A DNA stretch of 19,236 nt from Myxococcota bacterium. GTDB taxonomy: Bacteria > Myxococcota_A > UBA796 > GCA-2862545. Under the pieces are notes generated by a model. The model saw nothing but the letters and a program-made list of their open reading frames with translations, made no database searches and had not been told where the DNA came from. The stretch covers positions 1-19,236 of the forward strand of contig JBCCQY010000176.1 in NCBI GenBank assembly GCA_039208735.1, given 5' to 3'. Positions 9,371-16,319 of the stretch are shown here, piece after piece. Both the position numbers and the translations under genes were made by a program. Positions within the stretch are counted from its first letter, which is position 1; every line of letters starts with the position of its first letter.

Positions 9371-10389
9371 CGAGGTAGGCCACCGGTCGGCACGTAGCGG
9401 ATGCGGACGAGCCTCGTGGTTTCCGGCGGGGGTTCGAGCAGTCGGATGGCATTCCGCCGCGTATCGAACCGGTAGTGACCGTCCGTTTCGTCGGGCGCGG
9501 CATGCTCCTGCGCAGGCGTCAGTAGGATCACGACCCGTTCTTCCGTCTGCCCAGGTACCCCGTCAAGTTCGAGCCAGACTTCGAGCGTCTCGACCACGGG
9601 CACCCGCGAAAGAAAGAATTCTCGGTGCACCCCTGCCGCGGCAAGCCCGAGGCGCTCCAACACAACGTCCCAGGCGTCTGTATCGATGGCCCAAGACGTA
9701 CCGCCGATGCGGTTGGACGCCCGTTCATAATCGATGCCCAGCGGGGACGTGATGACGGAGAACGTGCGCATTTCGACCGCTGACTTCAGGGCTTGGTACC
9801 AGCGAATCCATCCATCGAAGTGCAATTCGCCGTCGGCGATTTGGTTCGATTCGTCAGAAATGACAATGGTGTGGAGGGCCGCACCGGGTCGGAGGAATCC
9901 ACGATTGTCGTTGAGAAGTCGGATTGTGAGTGCAGAATGGATGGCTGAGGTGCCGCGTTCACTCGAGGAGCCCTGCGTACCCATACTAGCAATTTCGGTA
10001 AACCGGGCTTCGGGGTCGGGCGTCTTGGGCGTCAGGTACGGCGCTCCGCCGAGGGTGCGGAGTCGGCCTTCGCTTCCGTCGGAGAGAACTCCATCCATGT
10101 CGGTCGATGTCACGCCCACATGCCAATCGAGCCCGGAGTCAAGAAAATACTGAATGAAGCTTGGGAAGTGGGTGGTGAGGGCCTCCTGGTATGGGCCCAT
10201 CGAGCAGCTCGGGTCGATGACCCAGAGCACGTCCACTTCCGGCGTCGCCATTTGAATGATGCGGTCTTCGACGGTTTCTGGGCTTGGAGCTTCGGTACCG
10301 AGACTCGGCCTTGGGGCTTCAGAGGCTTGGCCTAACTGGGTCTCGCTCGAACAGGCGATGAACAACCACATCGAAAGTGGGCTTGGCAT
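9367..10389 (-). CDS. Putative vWA-domain lipoprotein (myxobacterial type)
   Basis: Short signal with lipobox-like WLFIAC; MIDAS-like VDVLWVIDPSCSM; WHVGVTSTD; FLRPGAALHTIVISDE. ATG 10389 has GGGAG upstream; alternative starts are 10416 and 10371. Confidence 0.72.
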   Translation of the reverse strand: MPSPLSMWLFIACSSETQLGQASEAPRPSLGTEAPSPETVEDRIIQMATPEVDVLWVIDPSCSMGPYQEALTTHFPSFIQYFLDSGLDWHVGVTSTDMDGVLSDGSEGRLRTLGGAPYLTPKTPDPEARFTEIASMGTQGSSSERGTSAIHSALTIRLLNDNRGFLRPGAALHTIVISDESNQIADGELHFDGWIRWYQALKSAVEMRTFSVITSPLGIDYERASNRIGGTSWAIDTDAWDVVLERLGLAAAGVHREFFLSRVPVVETLEVWLELDGVPGQTEERVVILLTPAQEHAAPDETDGHYRFDTRRNAIRLLEPPPETTRLVRIRYVPTGGLPR

Positions 10390-10440
10390 CGTGGACTCCC
10401 GGCTCGGGAGGTCCATCGGCCACGCGATGCAGTGGTTGAC

Positions 10441-11763
10441 TCACGTGACGACCGCGGTGCTCTTGTTCGGAAGGTGGACCGTGAAGGTGCTTCCCTCGCC
10501 AGGCGCGCTGTCGAGGTGAATGCGAAAGCCACACGCAAGCGCATAGTGCTTGACGATGGCCAGTCCCAGACCCGTTCCGCCCGCTCGACGGTTTCGCGCC
10601 TCGTCTACCCGGTAAAACCGCTGGAAAATGCTTTCGTGGTGGGCTCGGTCAATGCCCATCCCGTTGTCGATGACGCGAAGGTCGATGCCATTGGCCCCCT
10701 GTTCGACCACGACCTCGATGGTGCCACCCTCCGTTGTGTAGGCGCTTGCGTTGAGCGCTAGGTTCGAGATGATGGCGGAGAGCCCGTCGCCGTTCACCCA
10801 GGCGGTGATTGAAGCTGGACAGCGAAGCTCGAACGACTGGTTCCGCGTGCGCGCAAGGTCGCGGGCCGAACGCACTGCGCCCTCGAGAATCGGTTTTAGA
10901 GGGGCCTCGTCCATTGGGAGTTCCCGACGGCGAGCCTCAATGCGATGCAGGCGAAGCAGGTCGTCGAACAGCTCGCGAAGCCGTTTGGCGTTGCGGTCGA
11001 TCGTGTGCAGCATGGACACGAGGTCAGCGGGCACCCGGTCCTCGTCCATCAACAACGTTTCGAGGTAGCCCAGGATGGCGGTCAGAGGGGTGCGCAATTC
11101 GTGGCTTACGTTGGCGACGAAGACGTTTCGCGCTCGCTCGGCCTCGCGTTGGGCGGTCACATCCTCGACGCGGAGGAGGAGGCCCGAGGACAGGCGATGG
11201 GCCTTCGCCACGAGGTCGGAGGATTCGGTGACGAAGGGCTTTTCAGATTCCCCGTGCTCGAACGCCTCCTCACAAACCAGGTGCACCTCGGCCGACGACA
11301 CCACTTCGAGGGGGCGACGACCTACGGGGTTGGCCCGAAACCGAAACATCGTGTGCAACGCTGGGTTGACCTCGGTGATCAGCCCTTGGTCATCGAGCAG
11401 CGCCACCCCCACCGACGAAGCCTCGATCACCTCGTGGGCCATGAGGGTGGTGCGGTTCAGCTGGTCGAACTCGTCGTTTGCAATGTCGATGGCATGATCC
11501 AGCACCGCCAGTTCATCGACCAGGCGCGCAGGGGCTCCAAGTTCGGTGTGGGCTCCAGAGTCGTGCAGCCGTCGCCGCAGTCGCCGGGCCGATTCGGCCA
11601 AGGGCCGAGTGACCAAAGCTTCGATGCCAAGGAGCGCCATCGCAACCACGATGGCGGCCAGGCCGATGGCGTAGCCAATGCCCAGGCCACCGGTAGCCCC
11701 TCCGAGGGCAACGACGAGTCCCAATCCGACGATGCCCAGGTACAGGCGAGGCCGCAGGCCCAC
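10441..11763 (-). CDS. phoR: PhoR-like sensor histidine kinase (TM-PAS-HisKA-HATPase)
   Basis: Two N-terminal hydrophobic segments, a PAS-like region, FVANVSHELRTPLTAILGYLETL, DNGMGI, IFQRFYRVD and GGTGLGLAIVKH. It starts 4 nt downstream of the phoB-like gene and lies near phoU. Confidence 0.88.
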   Translation of the reverse strand: MGLRPRLYLGIVGLGLVVALGGATGGLGIGYAIGLAAIVVAMALLGIEALVTRPLAESARRLRRRLHDSGAHTELGAPARLVDELAVLDHAIDIANDEFDQLNRTTLMAHEVIEASSVGVALLDDQGLITEVNPALHTMFRFRANPVGRRPLEVVSSAEVHLVCEEAFEHGESEKPFVTESSDLVAKAHRLSSGLLLRVEDVTAQREAERARNVFVANVSHELRTPLTAILGYLETLLMDEDRVPADLVSMLHTIDRNAKRLRELFDDLLRLHRIEARRRELPMDEAPLKPILEGAVRSARDLARTRNQSFELRCPASITAWVNGDGLSAIISNLALNASAYTTEGGTIEVVVEQGANGIDLRVIDNGMGIDRAHHESIFQRFYRVDEARNRRAGGTGLGLAIVKHYALACGFRIHLDSAPGEGSTFTVHLPNKSTAVVT

Positions 11764-11767
11764 AGGC

Positions 11768-12478
11768 TTACTTGCTGTGGGTGGTGGAGAAACGGTACCC
11801 TACGCCACGGACCGTCTCGAGATGGAAGGCCGCTGCGCCCAGTTTCTCGCGCAGGCGTTTCACGTGGGTATCGACCGTTCGCGTGTTGGTGTCGGGCGCC
11901 ATGTCCCAAACGTCCTGCAGTAAGGTACCGCGGCTTTGCACCCGACCGGGTCGCGCGGCGAGCGTTTGGAGCAGCTTGAACTCGGTGGCGGTGAGCGCAA
12001 TCTCGCTTTCGCCCACGAAGGCCCGGAACCCTGCGAGGTCGATGCGTAAGTTGCCATAGGTCAGCATTTGGTCGTCATTGGGGGCGCTCTCGGCGCCCGG
12101 ACCCGACCGCCGCAGCACGGCCCGAACCCGAAGCAGGAACTCCCGCATCGAGAAGGTGCTTTTGACGACGTAATCATCCGCTCCGACTTCGAAGCCCACC
12201 ACCCGGTCGATCTCCTCACCCCGCGCCGTCAGCATGATGATCGGCGTGGAGGCCCAGTCAGGATTCGACCGAACTCGACGGCAGACCTCGGTTCCTGGCA
12301 CATCAGGCAACATCAGGTCGAGTACGATGAGCGAGGGATTGGACCGCGACACCATGTCGAGCGCTTCGCTTCCCGACGAGGCCAGCACGGTTTCAAACCC
12401 TTCGCGGCGCAGGTTGAGGTCGAGGAGATGACGGAGGTCGTCCTCGTCATCAACGATGAGGATTGGCCCCGAGGACAT
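11768..12478 (-). CDS. phoB: PhoB/OmpR-family response regulator
   Basis: ILIVDDE, LDLMLPD (phosphoacceptor), IIMLTARGEEIDRVVGFEVGADDY, and winged helix LTATEFKLL...TRTVDTHVKRLREKLG...ETVRGVGYRF. ATG 12478 has a GGAG RBS; the track extension to 12700 overlaps the kinase. Confidence 0.9.
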   Translation of the reverse strand: MSSGPILIVDDEDDLRHLLDLNLRREGFETVLASSGSEALDMVSRSNPSLIVLDLMLPDVPGTEVCRRVRSNPDWASTPIIMLTARGEEIDRVVGFEVGADDYVVKSTFSMREFLLRVRAVLRRSGPGAESAPNDDQMLTYGNLRIDLAGFRAFVGESEIALTATEFKLLQTLAARPGRVQSRGTLLQDVWDMAPDTNTRTVDTHVKRLREKLGAAAFHLETVRGVGYRFSTTHSK

Positions 12479-12577
12479 CGTTCTCTCCGTGGTGGTCGCG
12501 TGGTGGGTCGCTGTAACGTGTGCTGTCGCTAACGCAGCAGGAGCATGCGGCAAGCTATGGTGCCCCGGGAGACGGGG

Positions 12578-13747
12578 ATGGGCGGCCGACGCTACGAGAT
12601 TCTCGGCATTGTGGGACGGGGGAGTGCGGGAACCGTTTACTATGCCCGAATGCAGGGAGAAGGCGGGTTCTTCAAAGACGTTGCGCTCAAGGTCCTGCAT
12701 CCGGTGGGCCAGCGTGATGGGACTGACCTTGCCCAGCGACTGCGCGATGAAGCTAGGGTTCTAGGCCTGGTTTCGCATCGTTCGATCGTGGGGGCCGATG
12801 CGCTCGTCCAGCTCAACGGGCGCTGGACGGTGGTCATGGAGTACGTCCCCGGAGCCAACCTCTTCGACCTGACTCGCGACCCCTCGGTCCACGCGGCGGA
12901 CCCCGATGAGGTGCCCCGTCAGGCCCTGCCGCCACGTGTTGCGGTCGAGATTCTCGGCGCCATGGCGGGCGCGTTGGACGTCGCCTATCACACACGGGGC
13001 TCCGATGCGCAGCCACTGCGCCTGCTGCATCGCGACCTCAAGCCAAGCAATCTCCGAATCACGCGCAACGGCGAAGTCAAGATTTTGGATTTTGGTTTCG
13101 CTAAAGCCGACTTTCGTCAGCGCGAGGCGAAGACCCGCCACCTGTCCTACGGTTCGCTTGGCTACGTGCCACATGAACAGCTCGAGGGCCGAGAGTCCGC
13201 CCAGGGCGACGTCTACTCGTCGGGCGTGATTCTCTATGAGATGCTCGCGGGCGAGTCGTTCGGCCAGACCCCGATGACGCCCGCACGCCACGACCGCCGG
13301 TTGGGGGCTCGACTTACGACGCTGCGCGAAAAGCTGCCGGACCTCCAGCCGGCGGTCGTCGACCTCATGGCGCACATGCTGTCCTTTCGTCCCGAGGAGC
13401 GTCCCCGGGCCGCAGAAGTCGAACAACGGTGTGCCGACCTCGCCCCCTCGCTGGAACGGCCTGATCTACGCGCGTGGGCGCGGTCAAACGTTCCCGCGGA
13501 ATCGGCGCTGTTGCCGGAGGGCGATGACCCTATGGTTGGTCGGCTGGTGCGGGAGGACTCGACCGAACCGATTCGATTCGTGACGCTGTCTTCGACCGCA
13601 TCTGCGCCTGCTCCCGTCGAGCTGCAGCGACCACGGCGACCCCAGCTGTGGGCGTGGGCTCCTTTGGTGGGTGCAGTGATGGCGGTGTTGGCCACCGGAG
13701 CGGTGCTCATCGCCCTCATCGGCATTTGGCTTGGCCTTTCGCTGTGA
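12578..13747 (+). CDS. Hanks-type Ser/Thr protein kinase with C-terminal transmembrane anchor
   Basis: GRGSAGTVY, VALKVL, HRDLKPSN, KILDFG and GDVYSSGVILYEML; terminal hydrophobic helix LVGAVMAVLATGAVLIALIGIWLGL. The start is uncertain (12545, 12557 or 12578). Confidence 0.92.
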   Translation: MGGRRYEILGIVGRGSAGTVYYARMQGEGGFFKDVALKVLHPVGQRDGTDLAQRLRDEARVLGLVSHRSIVGADALVQLNGRWTVVMEYVPGANLFDLTRDPSVHAADPDEVPRQALPPRVAVEILGAMAGALDVAYHTRGSDAQPLRLLHRDLKPSNLRITRNGEVKILDFGFAKADFRQREAKTRHLSYGSLGYVPHEQLEGRESAQGDVYSSGVILYEMLAGESFGQTPMTPARHDRRLGARLTTLREKLPDLQPAVVDLMAHMLSFRPEERPRAAEVEQRCADLAPSLERPDLRAWARSNVPAESALLPEGDDPMVGRLVREDSTEPIRFVTLSSTASAPAPVELQRPRRPQLWAWAPLVGAVMAVLATGAVLIALIGIWLGLSL

Positions 13748-14628
13748 GTGCCCACGAAGACCTTCGATGGGACGACTTGCGTGTGTTCCTCGCCGTCGTA
13801 CGGCGGGGCACCCTGACTGAGGCCTCGGGTGACCTGGGCATCAACGCGAGCACGGTGCACCGTCGACTCGCCCAGCTCGAAGGGGTCATGGGCACCCGGT
13901 TGTTCGATCGGGCGGCGACGGGACTTACGCCGACGGCGGCCGGCGAGGCGATGGTTCCGCTTGCGGAGTCGGTCGAAGATGAAGTGATGCGGTTGTGGCG
14001 GGGCGTCGCAGGGCAGGATTCAAGCCCTCGAGGAACGGTTCGGCTGACCGCTCCGGAGTCGCTCCTCGACCTGCTCGTCGAGCCGTTGGCCGCATTTCGC
14101 GTTCGGTACCCCGACATCGACCTCTTGGTCGAATTTTCGGACCGGTTCGTGGACCTGGCCCGGAGGGAGGCCGACGTGGCGGTGCGGCCCGTGCCGAAGC
14201 CTCCAGAGACGGCGGTTGGACGGCGGGTGGGAACCGTCGCATGGACGGTCTACGCAGCCCAGGAATTCGCCACGGATGGTGAACTTCCCTGGGTTCGCTA
14301 CGCCCTCGACCTCACCCGGCTGCCCGCGGCACGCTGGCAAGCCACGCAAGACGAAGAACGGCTTGCCATGGCCGTGAATTCGGTGCCCGCGATGCATCGC
14401 GTGGTCGCCTGCTCACCGTGCAAAGGGCTGCTGCCGTGCTTCATTGGCGATGCGGATCCTTTGTTGACGCGCCTTCGCGATGTGGTCCCGGAAGCCGAGA
14501 GTCACCTATGGCTCCTCGCTCATCCGGATTTGCGCAAAACCACACGCGTGCGCGCACTTCTCGACGCCCTATGGGGGGCCTTGGTGACCCATCGCCCGTT
14601 GTTTGAGGGGGAATGCCCCCAGCCGTAG
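13744..14628 (+). CDS. LysR-family transcriptional regulator
   Basis: HTH region WDDLRVFLAVVRRGTLTEASGDLGINASTVHRRLAQLE...RLFDR; substrate domain GTVRLTAP, FVDLARREADVAVR, LWLLAHPDLRKTTRVRA. The GTG start overlaps the kinase TGA (GTGA). Confidence 0.92.
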   Translation: MSAHEDLRWDDLRVFLAVVRRGTLTEASGDLGINASTVHRRLAQLEGVMGTRLFDRAATGLTPTAAGEAMVPLAESVEDEVMRLWRGVAGQDSSPRGTVRLTAPESLLDLLVEPLAAFRVRYPDIDLLVEFSDRFVDLARREADVAVRPVPKPPETAVGRRVGTVAWTVYAAQEFATDGELPWVRYALDLTRLPAARWQATQDEERLAMAVNSVPAMHRVVACSPCKGLLPCFIGDADPLLTRLRDVVPEAESHLWLLAHPDLRKTTRVRALLDALWGALVTHRPLFEGECPQP

Positions 14629-14629
14629 G

Positions 14630-16258
14630 CTACTTCGCGGCCTGGGCGTCTTCGTTGTCGTCCTCGCCTCGCTTGCCCAGCGAAACGCCAAGGTCTTCGG
14701 CGACCACCCGAGCGGTCATCTTGGCGGACATCATCACGCTGGGGGTGCCGGCGCCGGGCTGGCAGGACGCGCCGACAAGGTAGAGACCCGAGATGTCTGG
14801 GCAGCGGTTGTGGGGCCGGAACCAAGCCGACTGGGTCAGCGTGGGCTCGGGGCCAAAGGCGTTGCCCATGTAGGCCTCAAGCGTATGCTCGAAATAGTCT
14901 GGATCGATGTGCTCGGCGTGCACCAGCCGGTCCATGAGTCCGGGGATGTAGCCCCGGTCGTCGAGGAACTGGAGCACGGTGTCGACGAGCTTGGGGCCCG
15001 CCGTCGACCAATCGATGCCCGAAGCGTTGTGGGGCACCGGAATCAACGTATAGGCCGTGTGATGGCCTTCAGGGGCGAGTGAGGGATCCGTCAACGTTGG
15101 GATGTGGAGATACTGACTGAAGTCGTCGGGCAAGATCTTCTTGTCGAAGATCTCGGTCAGCAAGGCCTCGTAGCGCGGTCCCAAAATGATGTTGTGGTGC
15201 TGCAGGTCGAGCGGTTCATCGGTTTTGCGGAAGCCGAAGTAGATGACGAGCAGGCTCATCGAGTAGCGCATGTTCTTGACGCGCCAGTCTGGGTTCCACG
15301 TCCGATGCTTGCGCTCGATGAGTTTGGTGTAGGTGGTGGCGTAGTCCGCATTGGACACCACCAACGGGGCAGTCAGCGCCTCGTCGTTTTCAAGCACAAC
15401 CCCTTCGACCACCCGACCGGGTCCGACGCGGATCTGCTTGACGCCCGCGTTGAGCCGCAAGGTGCCGCCGAGTTCCTCGAACTTGCGCACCATTGCGTTG
15501 ACCAAGGCCCCCGTGCCACCCTTGGCGAAGTGGATGCCCCACGTCTTTTCGACGAAGTGAATCATCGCGTAGATGGCGGGCACCTTCAGCGGGTTGCCCC
15601 CCACGAGCAGCGTCTCGAACGAGAACACCTGCCGAAGCTTGTCCGAGACGAAGTACTTCGTGGTGAAGCGGAAGAGATTGCGGACGGCATCGAGCTTCAG
15701 CAGATCAGGAACGACGCGAAGCATCGACGGCAGATTGCCAAAGTGCGTGTAGCCAAGCTCGAGAAAGCCCCGTTCGAAAATGGCTCGAGCATCGCGATGA
15801 AACCGTTCGTAGCCGTCGAGATCGCGGGGTTCGATGGCTTCGATCTGCGTCCGCGTGTGCTCGGGGTCGCCGTCGTAGTCGAAGTAGGTGCCGTCGTCGA
15901 AATAGATTCGGTAGAACGGAAGAATCGGGACGATGTCGACGTATCGTGAGGTCTCGGGTCCTCCCGAGATGCCCGTCCGTGGCCGCTCCGCATTGCGCAC
16001 GGCATCCGGAAAATCCGGCTGGTCCAGCATCGAATTGTCGCTCGTCAGCGCGAACAGTTCTTCGATGAAGTGGGGGACGGTGAGCACCGTCGGGCCCATG
16101 TCCCAGACGAATCCGTCTTTCTCGCGAACGTACGCACGTCCCCCTGGCTTGTCGAGCCGCTCCACGATGGTGGTGGGAATGCCGAGGCTCTGCAGCCGAA
16201 TGCCCATGGCCAGGCCGCCGATGCCCGAGCCGATCACGATGGCGGTCTTCTGTTCCAC
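14630..16258 (-). CDS. crtI: Phytoene desaturase (CrtI family)
   Basis: FAD motif [42 protein letters not shown], and C-terminal [10 protein letters not shown]...[26 protein letters not shown] 16258 is preceded by GGAGGAG. Confidence 0.92.
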   Translation of the reverse strand: MEQKTAIVIGSGIGGLAMGIRLQSLGIPTTIVERLDKPGGRAYVREKDGFVWDMGPTVLTVPHFIEELFALTSDNSMLDQPDFPDAVRNAERPRTGISGGPETSRYVDIVPILPFYRIYFDDGTYFDYDGDPEHTRTQIEAIEPRDLDGYERFHRDARAIFERGFLELGYTHFGNLPSMLRVVPDLLKLDAVRNLFRFTTKYFVSDKLRQVFSFETLLVGGNPLKVPAIYAMIHFVEKTWGIHFAKGGTGALVNAMVRKFEELGGTLRLNAGVKQIRVGPGRVVEGVVLENDEALTAPLVVSNADYATTYTKLIERKHRTWNPDWRVKNMRYSMSLLVIYFGFRKTDEPLDLQHHNIILGPRYEALLTEIFDKKILPDDFSQYLHIPTLTDPSLAPEGHHTAYTLIPVPHNASGIDWSTAGPKLVDTVLQFLDDRGYIPGLMDRLVHAEHIDPDYFEHTLEAYMGNAFGPEPTLTQSAWFRPHNRCPDISGLYLVGASCQPGAGTPSVMMSAKMTARVVAEDLGVSLGKRGEDDNEDAQAAK

Positions 16259-16261
16259 CCG

Positions 16262-16284
16262 CTCCTCCGAACTTGATCGGGGAG
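16262..16284 (-). promoter_or_regulatory. Hairpin overlapping the crtI Shine-Dalgarno sequence
   Basis: The minus strand reads CTCCCCGA-TCAAGT-TCGGAGGAG-CGG-GTG: an 8-bp stem with one bulged A that pairs with GGAGGAG. Confidence 0.35.
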
Positions 16285-16319
16285 TAGTTTTTTCTTGGGC
16301 CGGCTGACGTCGCGCGGTG

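Noticed and set aside
10945..11979. 344-aa + strand ORF, and similar long antisense ORFs (15104-15949, 5675-6496, 4658-5542, 8597-9349, 6843-7574, 17211-17981)
   Set aside because: These are shadow ORFs opposite well-supported genes, expected from high-GC codon bias, and carry no recognisable motifs.
12511..12529. Possible Pho box (CTGTAAC / CTGTCGC) upstream of phoB
   Set aside because: Half-sites are 12 nt apart rather than 11, with mismatches to CTGTCAT; too weak to call as a feature.
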